Sequence record: ON286973
Origin: Escherichia phage A51.2
Strand: one strand, 5' to 3'
Length of the DNA: 64,000 nucleotides
Part shown: piece by piece, positions 28,157-37,372 of the stretch
How positions within the stretch are numbered: position 1 is the stretch's first letter
Layout of the letters: each line of letters opens with the position of its first letter
Position numbers and translations under genes: made by a program
Notes under the pieces: model-generated
Told to the model about the DNA's origin: nothing
Seen by the model: the letters and a program-made list of their open reading frames with translations, nothing else
The model's database searches: none

Positions 28157-28420
28157 ATGAACATCCTGATGTGGGTTATAGCAGTGGCGTTTGTTGCATG
28201 TTTTTGCTGCTGGGTTGCGGTGAGGATTTCTGTAGCTACCCTTCGGAAGTTGGGGTTCTCAGAATGGGATATTAATATCCTTTCTTTTCGCAATGAAACA
28301 ATCTCAGCCGCCCTGCTTTGTAAGAAATTCAAGTGGGAACCTTGTGAGGTCATGAGCTATCTAAGAACAGGCGATATCCCTGAAAGATTTAAAAAAGTTC
28401 TTGACGGCAAGGATAAATGA
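28157..28420 (+). CDS. small membrane protein (N-terminal TM)
   Basis: RBS GTGAGGTG; MNILMWVIAVAFVACFCCWVAV. Confidence 0.45.
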   Translation: MNILMWVIAVAFVACFCCWVAVRISVATLRKLGFSEWDINILSFRNETISAALLCKKFKWEPCEVMSYLRTGDIPERFKKVLDGKDK

Positions 28421-28575
28421 CAGTATAGTGACTAACAAGAGGTGAGGAGTGACTGATTTTACTGAAGCTTTAATGATGGCCTTGTCTGTTTTAGCGCTAT
28501 CGGTGTGTTTTGGGGCGTTATTCACATCTCTGGTTAAAGTTTTACATACAGTATTATTACCCAAGGAGCGCAGTA

Positions 28576-28827
28576 ATGACGAAGATTGACTTGAATGCTG
28601 GTGATCATGTTGTTGTCAAATGCATTGGAGATTATCTTGGATTCACAATCGGCAATACTTACGAGGCGGTAGTGGCGAAGGTTTATCATGATAAAGTCCT
28701 CAGTCTTGTATTTGACTGCGATGATGATGGGGATGACCGATACGTCTGTGAGGTGCTGGCACGAGACGATAGTGAAGACCAGAAATTCCTGGTTATTGAA
28801 CTGAACGGTATTTTTGTAGAACGTTAA
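28576..28827 (+). CDS. hypothetical acidic protein
   Basis: RBS AAGGAG; ATG 28576. Confidence 0.45.
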   Translation: MTKIDLNAGDHVVVKCIGDYLGFTIGNTYEAVVAKVYHDKVLSLVFDCDDDGDDRYVCEVLARDDSEDQKFLVIELNGIFVER

Positions 28828-28855
28828 TTTAAAACAACATAAGGAGACTCTTACT

Positions 28856-29161
28856 ATGGCTAAATCTAAAGTTGAACTGTTCACCTCTCTTCCTTCTGAC
28901 ACTGCAGAACGTGATCGCCTTCGCAAAACAATTGAAGAACTGGTGGAACTCCAGCTTCAGATTAAAGATTTGAAAGATGCCATCAAGGATATCATTCTTG
29001 TTGAGAAGCAGGATCATCTGTATTCTCCTAAATTCATCAAATCTCTGGTGGCTACCGAGTTCGATATTCGATATGAGGCTGAAAAACGTCGAGCTAAAAT
29101 CGAAGAAGAGGTTGAGCACATGTCTGAGGCAGACATTCTGTTCAAACGCTCTGTAGAATAA
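28856..29161 (+). CDS. hypothetical coiled-coil-like protein
   Basis: RBS AAGGAGA; charged heptad-like sequence. Confidence 0.45.
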   Translation: MAKSKVELFTSLPSDTAERDRLRKTIEELVELQLQIKDLKDAIKDIILVEKQDHLYSPKFIKSLVATEFDIRYEAEKRRAKIEEEVEHMSEADILFKRSVE

Positions 29162-29166
29162 TGACA

Positions 29167-29193
29167 AAGAGGGGGGCTTAGGCCCCTCTTTTT
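29167..29193 (+). terminator. intrinsic terminator (AAGAGGGG...CCCCTCTT plus T tract)
   Basis: 8-bp stem followed by TTT. Confidence 0.7.
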
Positions 29194-29216
29194 ACTATCC
29201 ATGAAGGAGACTTGAG

Positions 29217-29549
29217 ATGGGTATACCGATCACTGTAAAAGAATTGAATGAACGTGATGCAGGTGGTCTATGGCCTGCACGAAAAATACACTGCATCCGT
29301 ATGAAAGAGAACCTTCAGCATCTTGAGCAACAGAAACGGATTGAGGTTGGTGATATTTTCGAAGTATTTTATTCTGATCGCCGTAACTGGGAAACCATTC
29401 AACCTTCCGGTTTTGTTCTTGCTAAGCTTGACACTGGAGAAGTGATTGTTCCTGGGTTGGATATTGTCTTCGAAATTATACAGGAGTGGGATCCGGACAA
29501 GATTAGATACGAAGAGCTATTCGGTGAAGGTATTATCAAACCTGTGTGA
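29217..29549 (+). CDS. hypothetical protein
   Basis: RBS AAGGAGA 6 nt upstream. Confidence 0.45.
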   Translation: MGIPITVKELNERDAGGLWPARKIHCIRMKENLQHLEQQKRIEVGDIFEVFYSDRRNWETIQPSGFVLAKLDTGEVIVPGLDIVFEIIQEWDPDKIRYEELFGEGIIKPV

Positions 29550-29557
29550 GGTGGATT

Positions 29558-29857
29558 ATGTCTACAAAGGCGGCTAAATACTCCTATATGCCATCAACCT
29601 CTGCAGAGGTAGACTTTAGTTTCGATGTGTTTCCACTGTTTGAGGTGGTTCTGGCATACCCAACAATACTATCTACTCCTGAATCACTTGTGCCTGTTAA
29701 GTTGCAGAACGCTATGCATTCCATGCACTACAACAACAAATGTAGGCACAGATGGTGTCAGGACGAGGAAAAAGATTTGGATAGTTTGAGAGATTTTGAC
29801 AGTCACCTTTTGACACCTTTCAGCTACTCCAACCTTGATAAGCCCTCGTGGGTATAG
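29558..29857 (+). CDS. hypothetical protein
   Basis: ATG 29558 after GTGAGGTGG. Confidence 0.4.
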   Translation: MSTKAAKYSYMPSTSAEVDFSFDVFPLFEVVLAYPTILSTPESLVPVKLQNAMHSMHYNNKCRHRWCQDEEKDLDSLRDFDSHLLTPFSYSNLDKPSWV

Positions 29858-30070
29858 CAAAATATCAAATTTAAGACACCTAGAACGCTCTGTGGCGTCC
29901 TTTTCTTTATCTGGTGCACGATTGCATACCTTGGGTAGTTAATTTCATTACAGAGCGTTTAAGAGCTCCCTACAAACAACCCCATATTTCGAGCGTAGCG
30001 AGAACGCACGTCCGTTTTGACCCAAATCACCATACGCTCGGATTTTAACCAAACCCTCGCGGCGTTTCTG

Positions 30071-30099
30071 TTGACACATTACCGATCCAGTGATAGTAT
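30071..30099 (+). promoter_or_regulatory. sigma70-like promoter (TTGACA-17-TAGTAT)
   Basis: Consensus hexamers; overlaps 8/9 DnaA-box-like TATCCACAC. Confidence 0.55.
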
Positions 30100-30131
30100 C
30101 CACACATCGTTTGGAGAATATGGGATACACA

Positions 30132-30221
30132 ATGAAAACATTGTCAGAGGTTTTGGTGGTGATCCTGATGATCATTACGTCCATAGTGGCTGTTGCCGGA
30201 ATACTCACGGGTGGAACATGA
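30132..30221 (+). CDS. small hydrophobic peptide (29 aa)
   Basis: MKTLSEVLVVILMIITSIVAVAGILTGGT downstream of promoter; below ORF cutoff. Confidence 0.3.
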   Translation: MKTLSEVLVVILMIITSIVAVAGILTGGT

Positions 30222-30430
30222 TAAACACACATGCATCTGAAGAGACATCCAAAGGAGTGACTATATGTCCCTTGACTGAGCCAGTGCAAGAGGAAAACTT
30301 CGATTCTGAAGATTCTTCATCTTCGCTCCAGGTAGATCCTGAGGCTGATGACCTGACGTGGGAAGACATCGTAGATATCTGGTTCTCTATTATGCCTGAG
30401 CACGAAGAGTTCAGGGGTGGTAGACTATGA
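30218..30430 (+). CDS. hypothetical acidic protein
   Basis: ATG overlapping upstream stop (ATGA); part of ORF-track 30017..30430. Confidence 0.3.
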   Translation: MINTHASEETSKGVTICPLTEPVQEENFDSEDSSSSLQVDPEADDLTWEDIVDIWFSIMPEHEEFRGGRL

Positions 30431-30551
30431 AGCACCGAGCCCACACAGGTTCCTCATGCTGAAGCATGGCCTGAAGAGGCAAACGTGCATAATTCCTGTG
30501 CATCGGAACGTATAAAACCCTGTTCACACTCTCATTTCCAGAGGAGATTTC

Positions 30552-30767
30552 ATGAAGATAGAAATATTTGGTGGAGCTGACAACACTCGTGGCCTGATTT
30601 ACCTTGAATTCGATGAATCATACCTGCCAGAGGTGTTAAATATAGACTCTGTTGCTGATGCTTTGGGAGTAAGTCCTAAAGATCTCTACTCTGGTGCTGA
30701 GATTGATGGTTGGGAGGAGACCATGAACATTGATTTCAGTGAAGTAGAGGATGAACCGCTGGACTGA
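30552..30767 (+). CDS. small acidic protein (MKIEIFG..., C-terminus EVEDEPLD)
   Basis: RBS AGAGGAGA; last plus-strand gene before the non-coding region. Confidence 0.45.
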   Translation: MKIEIFGGADNTRGLIYLEFDESYLPEVLNIDSVADALGVSPKDLYSGAEIDGWEETMNIDFSEVEDEPLD

Positions 30768-32183
30768 CGCACAATTAGCTGCCCGGCCAAAGTGCTGGAA
30801 GCACCTATAACACATCTTTCAACTAAATTTCCCACCACCACAATCACTTACCTTCCACACATGACTGTTTGCTTGTTTAGTGAGCAGTCATGCCTTGACA
30901 TTCTTGCCTATCCTGATAAAATTAAGTTCTTCTCTTTTCTTTTACCGAGTAATTCGGGTTTTCTGTTCTCTTCGGTTTGAAGGGGTATAGAGATACACCT
31001 GAGTGAACAGGGTGAACAACCGAACCATTAGCTATGGCATTAGCATGGCGAAGCGGACGGGTGACGAAAGAGGGGCCGGAGGACACCAGTCACTGCCATA
31101 TGATATATGGGTGATAACCTGAAGAGTCTGAATAAGTGTTTAAGTACCAGTCAGAGGAAAAGGTGAATGGTAGCCGAAGGGGGGAGGGGGGTTTCTTGTA
31201 TCTTTAATTTGTATATTATGTATACACTTGTAAACCAATCTAATCTGAATCTGTTTACCACACAAAGCGGATAGAGACAAATATTGCCTATTAAACTTGA
31301 ATTATTTATAGAAAATACCACAACACCCCTTAAGTCTTTGATTTTACACACAAATCCTACAGATATTCAACCTCCATATTTAACATACTTGTAACATATT
31401 CCATACTCTACCTGCCTGATCAATTTCCCCAACTACATTCTCATATTTCCCCTGTCTGTACTACCCTGCCCCACCGGGAGTCCCGTCATATCTGGCTTTC
31501 CAGCAAATATCACACCCACAAATATCATGCCTGAAGAGGGTTTCATCCCATAATACCTGCCTTGCCTGAAGAGCGCTTCATACACCACGTAAATTTTTTA
31601 ATTGACCTCCCCTGCCCCGCCGGAGAGGTTGGCTTTTCCCACACAGACCTGGAGAGTCAGCCAGAAATATCTGAATAGGCCCAGTTCTACCACGATTTTG
31701 ACCTGACCTACAGGAGCGCTGCCAGGCGGACGAAATGGGAATACTTCTCATTCTTATAACAATTCTCAAATATCGAGGCAGTGAGGCAAATTAATAGGCC
31801 AGGCCGTTCACACAGTGGCACAACATTTGCAACCTATCTTGTGGGGTGAATGAGAATACCTATCATTGTGAGAACCATTATCATTACGGGCAATTTAACA
31901 TAATACCCATTATGCGCACCACTGGCGATCCATACAGGGATTGATAACACGAGTTACAGTTTACGCATATAACAATCATATTTCTTACTATTTGTGTGGG
32001 ATATAGTTAGCAGCCGATAGATTAGATATTGACCTGTGGACTTCCAACCGTCTAGACGTCTAAGCGCCCACACAACAAGGCTTATACATACATTACTGAA
32101 TGTAAACAGGGCCGCAAAAATGCTACCATACCAGTTTGTAAATTTTTCATGCAGCACTTGACAAAGAGGAGGAAAACTTGTCT

Positions 32184-32277
32184 GACACAATGTCACACAA
32201 TATGACACAATAACGGCTGTTACCATTCCATATCTCACTGTTTACGCATAGACTGTTTACGCCTGGATAGTTTACAC
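32184..32277. repeat. short direct repeats: GACACAAT x3 (32184-32211) and TGTTTACGC x2 plus GTTTACAC (32239-32277)
   Basis: Read directly from sequence; non-coding. Confidence 0.8.
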
Positions 32278-32395
32278 AGATATGATAAGCCATGCCATTC
32301 GTTTGCATGAAAACAATTAACAAGATAACAATCGACAAGTTAATAATCTTTCGCTGGCTATGCCAGGTGACTAGGTCACCCCTTCGGGCGTTCCT

Positions 32396-32550
32396 ATGAC
32401 ATAATATAAAAGCAGGGCAACTATTAGCAGATCTATAGTTGCCTTGCTTGTTATGTCATGATTAACTAAATACAAGGCAACTATGATCTGATTAATAGTT
32501 TGCAGACAAACTATCACGGGGGTGATGGTTACTGCTTTTATATTATGTCG
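32396..32550. repeat. inverted-repeat-bounded cassette with GGCAACTAT iterons in alternating orientation
   Basis: ATGACATAATATAAAAGCAG (32396-32415) vs its reverse complement 32532-32550 (19/20); GGCAACTAT at 32416, 32476; ATAGTTGCC at 32435; ATAGTTTGC at 32495. Confidence 0.75.
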
Positions 32551-33195
32551 CGACTCCGTCGCGCCATGCCATTCGTTTGCATAGTTGCCTTATTGTTATG
32601 AATAAAACAATTGCATTGTTAATGATTTCTTATCTTTCTATTAGTCATCTAATGATTTCAGTCAGGATAGTAATGTACAGTAAACATTAGACGACTAAAG
32701 ATTTCTCTGTTTATGATAACCTATCGTGACAATTTCGGACTGTTTACGAAAAATGTTGACACCTGAGCTGATTTATGTTATGCAGTTTACACGAATAATT
32801 ATTTTATACAGGTATTGACTATTCTGTTATTCTATGGTTGGAATAAATACTTAGCAGACTATAGAATGGTGAGCGTACGTAAATTCTGAGATCTGGCGGC
32901 TATAGTTATACTCGATTTTTCACGTAGAACGCGCTTTTGTGGTTATGTAAGTGTATGACTTATAAGAATTTTTATTTGTTGACAAGATATTGAAGATGTG
33001 CATCAGGTTAAAATTTGTGCAATAGCGGCATTACGTGCAATTTTGAGGGAGAAAACGGGTAAAAATGGCCCTGCTACCACACAATGAAAAATTATGCAAT
33101 AGTTATTTTATATGTATGTTTGTACAGTGTGTGGGATTGATGGCTAGTCAATTATTCCACTTGCCAGGCTGGGCCGTTTGTGGTAGGGGGAAGAG

Positions 33196-33225
33196 CAGAC
33201 AAAAAGAAAGGGGCCTAAGCCCCTT
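33196..33225 (-). terminator. intrinsic terminator for minus-strand small-gene cluster
   Basis: Hairpin AAGGGGC-TTAG-GCCCCTT followed by U-run on minus strand, just 3' of gene 33244..33663. Confidence 0.6.
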
Positions 33226-33243
33226 GATAATTCAGTTAAAAAA

Positions 33244-33663
33244 TTATAATGATTCGTATATTTCATAGATTCGATTTGCCAGGTCGTTACGATAACGAAA
33301 TTTTTCATCACGTTTGATCATCAGATCCTTAAATCCATATTCTTTAAGCACTTCATTAACTTTATAGCGGCATACCTTCATATTATCCTGAGCGTCACCG
33401 ATAAACTTGTTGCTATGATGCATGGCTTTGATCTCTTCCTCCAGGACCAGGGCAACTATGCGGACCGGATCAAGCTGATAGGCGGTAACATCCATGCGGC
33501 ATTGCAAACGGCTTTTTACGTCTGCCACCGGATATACTGCAACCTCTTCCCCGTCAACATTGACAATAATTAGTTTACCATCAATTTCAAAACCTTTCGC
33601 CGCCGGACCGTGACAAAAAGCGTTATCAAAGCTATATGCCGGATTATTAGATTTAATGTTCAT
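33244..33663 (-). CDS. hypothetical protein
   Basis: 139-aa ORF, RBS GAGGT. Confidence 0.5.
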   Translation of the reverse strand: MNIKSNNPAYSFDNAFCHGPAAKGFEIDGKLIIVNVDGEEVAVYPVADVKSRLQCRMDVTAYQLDPVRIVALVLEEEIKAMHHSNKFIGDAQDNMKVCRYKVNEVLKEYGFKDLMIKRDEKFRYRNDLANRIYEIYESL

Positions 33664-33712
33664 GGTGTTTTTACCTCTTAGTTAATTTTCTTACAACTTC
33701 CCTTCAAAAAAG

Positions 33713-33741
33713 AATATAGCAAAACTGCCGATCCTTGTCAA
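33713..33741 (-). promoter_or_regulatory. sigma70-like promoter (TTGACA-17-TATATT)
   Basis: Consensus hexamers on minus strand upstream of 33663 start. Confidence 0.55.
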
Positions 33742-33809
33742 CCAAGGATAGCATAATTTTTTATGTGATCAAGGGGCTTTATTGCCCCCCTGATCGTGCA
33801 ACTTGTTTA

Positions 33810-34073
33810 TTATTTGTTGCTCATCCAGTTTTCCCAGGCTGCCTGATAATCTGCCTCACTGCGGCGGATCTCTTCTTGTTCTTCAAGGCGGATCTCTTCT
33901 TCCAGGTACCCCAGTATATCGGCTTTTTTGGTCTGGCGTAGCATCCAGTCATCTTTTTTGCGGGTAAAGATCTTATAAGCTTTCTCGCAAACCTCTTTTT
34001 TGCTACCTTTCTGGACTTCAAGAACACGATAAGCCATATATTGAACTAGTTTGAGCTGGTCAAGACGTTTCAT
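33810..34073 (-). CDS. hypothetical basic protein
   Basis: Internal ATG with RBS AAGAGG chosen; ORF-track start 34157 would overlap next gene. Confidence 0.4.
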   Translation of the reverse strand: MKRLDQLKLVQYMAYRVLEVQKGSKKEVCEKAYKIFTRKKDDWMLRQTKKADILGYLEEEIRLEEQEEIRRSEADYQAAWENWMSNK

Positions 34074-34134
34074 GATGTTTACCTCTTTATGCGGTTCTGG
34101 TTTGGTGGGCCTTTTGGCCCGTGTCATTATCTTA

Positions 34135-34407
34135 TTACTTATGGCGGCAGAATTCAAGCGTTTTTAATTGATAATCTTCCTCAGCCTGGAGTACTACCGC
34201 CTCGATCATTTCGTTGGCATTGTTAAAGCCATAACCTTTAGCGAACTCATCCGCGCCACCTTCGTGATCATGTTCTGCGTTCATCGCTTCCACAAAATGG
34301 AATTCCAAATTGTTGAGGTAGGGGCTTGATGTTCCGTCCTCTTTTTCGATGAGATCCCAAATAGCATTAAAACGTGATTCGACTTCTTGATTAATCCAGC
34401 TTGACAT
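34135..34407 (-). CDS. hypothetical acidic protein
   Basis: 90-aa ORF, RBS AGGAGAGAGG. Confidence 0.45.
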   Translation of the reverse strand: MSSWINQEVESRFNAIWDLIEKEDGTSSPYLNNLEFHFVEAMNAEHDHEGGADEFAKGYGFNNANEMIEAVVLQAEEDYQLKTLEFCRHK

Positions 34408-34461
34408 AGTGTTTTCCTCTCTCCTGGTTGTTGTGTGGGCACCTTTGCCCCTTCAAGATAA

Positions 34462-34491
34462 ATGTTACCTCACCCCCATGGCAGATGTCAA
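34462..34491 (-). promoter_or_regulatory. promoter (TTGACA-18-TAACAT) followed by GC hairpin and CA-rich leader
   Basis: Hexamers on minus strand; hairpin GGGGCAAAGGTGCCC at 34437-34451. Confidence 0.5.
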
Positions 34492-34516
34492 CGGTTTTTA
34501 TAGTTCTTATATGACA

Positions 34517-34539
34517 GGCAGGCCCGGTGATTGTCTCCC
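34517..34539. repeat. 23-bp repeat GGGAGACAATCACCGGGCCTGCC (minus orientation), identical to 44142-44164
   Basis: Perfect 23/23 inverted match about 9.6 kb apart. Confidence 0.85.
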
Positions 34540-34628
34540 CCCTGTTCCCAAGTGCCGCCCGTTTAATAAGAATAACAAAAGGGGCCGAACAAGTCAACCC
34601 CAAAATCAGTACCAAAAACACTTTTTAT

Positions 34629-34940
34629 TTATACGGTCCGATCATTGGCCTTTGTCCAGGACCTGGCGATCCGTTTCCCGGTCACCTGGAACGGAGACTG
34701 CATTGTGTGTAATGAGTCCAGCGTAAGGGAGGACCGTTTACGGCGTATCTTCAGGATCGCTAACGTATTGTCCATCTCACGGCCAGGCCCTGGGCGGTAT
34801 GGTGTGCCTCCAGCGTTAAGGTTGATGATCTCATGTATTGAGATCCGGCGTTGTTTTGCTTCCGCATCTTTGAAGATAGCCAGCGGAGGCGCTATGCGTT
34901 GCCGATACCAATCTAAAACGGTTGGCGTAATAGCGATCAT
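34629..34940 (-). CDS. hypothetical protein
   Basis: 103-aa ORF. Confidence 0.45.
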   Translation of the reverse strand: MIAITPTVLDWYRQRIAPPLAIFKDAEAKQRRISIHEIINLNAGGTPYRPGPGREMDNTLAILKIRRKRSSLTLDSLHTMQSPFQVTGKRIARSWTKANDRTV

Positions 34941-35128
34941 ATTTTACCCCCTATGTAGTCCGGTCGGTTTTTCTCTGTCATGCGCTTTAGCAATTCTTGC
35001 ATGTTACTTATGGCTTGTAGTGTATCCCCTTCCAGGCTTGAATCAACATAATCAGGATCGTCTATGACCTTTCTATGATTATGATAACGCAGTACTGCTA
35101 ATACCTTTCTAACTTGTTCGATATTCAT
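34937..35128 (-). CDS. hypothetical protein
   Basis: 63-aa ORF, overlapping start/stop with neighbour. Confidence 0.4.
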   Translation of the reverse strand: MNIEQVRKVLAVLRYHNHRKVIDDPDYVDSSLEGDTLQAISNMQELLKRMTEKNRPDYIGGKI

Positions 35129-35140
35129 TTTTACCGCTCT

Positions 35141-35275
35141 TTAAAACAAGGTGCCAACCGTTTCCAATAGATCACTGACCATCAGGACAATACTGATCAG
35201 CACATGCCTAACCATAAGGGGAAAGAGCGCCAGCGATCCCGCCACAATCCCCAAGGTGATGATTATCTTTCTCAT
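35141..35275 (-). CDS. small hydrophobic membrane peptide (44 aa)
   Basis: MRKIIITLGIVAGSLALFPLMV...; below ORF cutoff. Confidence 0.3.
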   Translation of the reverse strand: MRKIIITLGIVAGSLALFPLMVRHVLISIVLMVSDLLETVGTLF

Positions 35276-35277
35276 GG

Positions 35278-35562
35278 TTAACGGTTTACGTAAGCTTTAC
35301 CGTTTACGGTGATGGGCAGATCTTCCAGGTCTGGATCTTCCTTAAGGTCGCGAGCAAGCTCACCGCACCGGATACCCTCGAATCCGTAGTACTCTGTTGT
35401 GCCGTCATTAAAAGTTTTAGCGGCAAGGCATAAGCGATAAGTAACCCCGATTTGATTGACGGCATGAATATCCGTTAGATTAACCTCTTTTGCCAGCTCT
35501 TTAGCCATTACAGGCGCATTAAGTCCAACAACCAGGGCAACCACTGCGATCATCTTTTTCAT
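35278..35562 (-). CDS. secreted/periplasmic small protein with signal peptide
   Basis: MKKMIAVVALVVGLNAPVMA followed by KELAKE (AxA-type cleavage site). Confidence 0.55.
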   Translation of the reverse strand: MKKMIAVVALVVGLNAPVMAKELAKEVNLTDIHAVNQIGVTYRLCLAAKTFNDGTTEYYGFEGIRCGELARDLKEDPDLEDLPITVNGKAYVNR

Positions 35563-35653
35563 TGTGTCTATCCTCTTTCTGCTACGTTTAAGGCGGCGGT
35601 AACCGCCTGTTTATGCTTTGTTGGTTAATTTTCGGGTATCGGTATAAATTAAA

Positions 35654-35878
35654 CTATGCTGTACGCTCAACTATAACAACGGTTTGAGGGATCTCACCTT
35701 CCACCACTATCAAGGCCTTTTTCTGCGTGATGGATATCTTTACCCGTTGCAGCGTGGCGGTGAAGTCTTTCATTTCGTCACGTGGTGTTTTAGTGCAATA
35801 CCAGATCTCAGGCTTGCCGACCTGCAAGCCGCGCAAGAATTCCGTTTTACCTGTTTTATTCGTGATCATTTGATTCAC
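35654..35878 (-). CDS. hypothetical protein
   Basis: 74-aa ORF. Confidence 0.45.
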   Translation of the reverse strand: MNQMITNKTGKTEFLRGLQVGKPEIWYCTKTPRDEMKDFTATLQRVKISITQKKALIVVEGEIPQTVVIVERTA

Positions 35879-35879
35879 C

Positions 35880-35984
35880 TTAACCGATACCGTGGGAAGA
35901 TAGGATCATGTTAGCCATAGTTGCAACCCATCCAACCGATAATGCCAGGCCAACTACTACAACCGTGAAAATTTTCTCTAACAT
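35880..35984 (-). CDS. small hydrophobic membrane peptide (34 aa)
   Basis: RBS GAGGGTAG; MLEKIFTVVVVGLALSVGWVATMANMILSSHGIG. Confidence 0.3.
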   Translation of the reverse strand: MLEKIFTVVVVGLALSVGWVATMANMILSSHGIG

Positions 35985-36061
35985 GATTCTACCCTCATTA
36001 ATGGCGGGAAGTATTCCCGCGCTATGTAGTACACTTTACCAGATTGTTGACTGTTGTCAAA

Positions 36062-36289
36062 CTAATTTTTACAAGGGATCAGTAAACTTCTTGCTACTGC
36101 TTCGCGTAGTCCTTGACTTTTTATCAGATCTATTGTTGCAGGATGGCAAGTAAAAGCCTTTGACCATTTTTGATCCCCTGGTTTACGGGCAAAAATGTAA
36201 ACTTCCCCGTCGATTTCATCCCAACGAGTATTGCTTGTTAGTTTTTTAAGCGCCATGATGATCTCTCTTTTAGTTGTGAGCGGCATCAT
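36062..36289 (-). CDS. hypothetical protein
   Basis: 75-aa ORF. Confidence 0.45.
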   Translation of the reverse strand: MMPLTTKREIIMALKKLTSNTRWDEIDGEVYIFARKPGDQKWSKAFTCHPATIDLIKSQGLREAVARSLLIPCKN

Positions 36290-36307
36290 TGCCGCCCTAC
36301 GAAATAC

Positions 36308-36335
36308 ATTCTACCCGATTTACAATTGTTGTCAA
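36308..36335 (-). promoter_or_regulatory. sigma70-like promoter (TTGACA-16-TAGAAT)
   Basis: Hexamers on minus strand upstream of 36289. Confidence 0.5.
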
Positions 36336-36341
36336 ACTATT

Positions 36342-36521
36342 TTAACGATAATCATCATATGCTTTATTGACCTGGCGAATATAACATTCAAAAGCTAGAT
36401 CAATAGATTTATATTCACGGATATATTCACCATAGGAAACCACATACATTTCTATAGCTTCCTCATATGCGAGGAGAATAGAATCTAAGCCTACGATCTC
36501 AGTCTTTGCAATAATAGCCAT
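36342..36521 (-). CDS. hypothetical protein (59 aa)
   Basis: RBS AAGAGGA; below ORF cutoff. Confidence 0.35.
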   Translation of the reverse strand: MAIIAKTEIVGLDSILLAYEEAIEMYVVSYGEYIREYKSIDLAFECYIRQVNKAYDDYR

Positions 36522-36571
36522 GATTTTTATCCTCTTTGTGGTTGGTGGGGCTTGTTGCCCCTTTGATTTAT

Positions 36572-36600
36572 ATTCTACAGTCTTATAAGGTCATGTCAAC
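36572..36600 (-). promoter_or_regulatory. sigma70-like promoter (TTGACA-17-TAGAAT) plus leader hairpin GGGGCAACAAGCCCC
   Basis: Hexamers on minus strand; hairpin at 36547-36561 then CA-rich leader and RBS. Confidence 0.5.
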
Positions 36601-36829
36601 TATTTTCAAAAAATTTTTCTGCTGTAATATTTTTCCCGGTAGGGTTCGCTACTTTCAAAATTTTATCATGCACTGGACGCCCAAAAGAATAAGCGCCGTA
36701 CACAGTGCACCAATAATCGCCGTCAGGCTGTACTATTACAGCCGCATAGGGTACGCCTTTTTCGTTTTTGCTGACAAAATAGATCACGTTGCCATTAATA
36801 GCCTCGGCGCGTTTAATTTGTTCCATCAT
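36596..36829 (-). CDS. hypothetical protein
   Basis: 77-aa ORF. Confidence 0.45.
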   Translation of the reverse strand: MMEQIKRAEAINGNVIYFVSKNEKGVPYAAVIVQPDGDYWCTVYGAYSFGRPVHDKILKVANPTGKNITAEKFFENS

Positions 36830-36885
36830 GATGATTTGCCTCTCTTTATTTTCATAATTGGGGGGCCTTTTCGGCCCCGCCAGGT

Positions 36886-37170
36886 TTATTTATTGATAGC
36901 GTGCAGCGGGAAAGGTACGCCAGGTTGATAGATAACTTTTACAACCTCATCAGAGCAAAAGAAATTACAGAATTCGCCCTGATAAGCCTCATCCTCTTTT
37001 AATTCTTCATCAACATACTCAAAAAAGTAGTCAACACTTGGATAATCTTGCCCTGGGTTATAGTCAACCATTGTCAGGACCAGTTCAAGATCGTTGCGTA
37101 GGATATGCATACCCGCTTTTAAGTATTTTGCTTCCATTTCTACTACATCGCCAGCGGTAACAATAGCCAT
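36886..37170 (-). CDS. hypothetical acidic protein
   Basis: 94-aa ORF, RBS AGGAG. Confidence 0.45.
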   Translation of the reverse strand: MAIVTAGDVVEMEAKYLKAGMHILRNDLELVLTMVDYNPGQDYPSVDYFFEYVDEELKEDEAYQGEFCNFFCSDEVVKVIYQPGVPFPLHAINK

Positions 37171-37224
37171 GGTTTTAACTCCTATCTATCCGGTTAATGA
37201 TTGGGGGCCGCCCCCCGACACGTC

Positions 37225-37254
37225 CTATTATCCATATTGTAGGGCTTGATGCAA
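37225..37254 (-). promoter_or_regulatory. promoter (TTGCAT-18-TAATAG) with CAATATGGATAATA motif and leader hairpin
   Basis: Minus-strand hexamers; hairpin GGGGGCGGCCCCC at 37203-37215. Confidence 0.45.
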
Positions 37255-37372
37255 GTACTTCTTTAAAAAATTTTTTAAGCGCCTTGGGGGTAGCTGTAAC
37301 GCTAAAATAATAAAGGCCATGCAACCGCATAGCCTTTATGTGATTATATCGCTGCAGGCCCTGCTAGGGGCC

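Noticed and set aside
30094-30104. DnaA boxes (TATCCACAC at 30096; TTATCCATA in promoters near 37230 and 38396)
   Set aside because: Only 8/9 matches that overlap promoter hexamers; not enough to call DnaA-dependent origin elements
30017-30430. ORF-track 137-aa CDS 30017..30430
   Set aside because: A consensus promoter (30071-30099) lies inside its 5' part; the region is better explained as promoter plus two short coupled ORFs (30132..30221 and 30218..30430)
30768-33243. tRNA genes in the large non-coding regions
   Set aside because: No convincing cloverleaf or T-loop (GTTCGAATC-like) signature seen by eye; a tRNA scanning program would be needed to be sure
30792-33268. ORFs in the 2.4-kb repeat region (30792..30980, 31151..31351, 31578..31769, 31954..32238, 32147..32338, 33065..33268)
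   Set aside because: No RBS, overlap repeats and palindromes, skewed composition, mutually overlapping; region treated as non-coding
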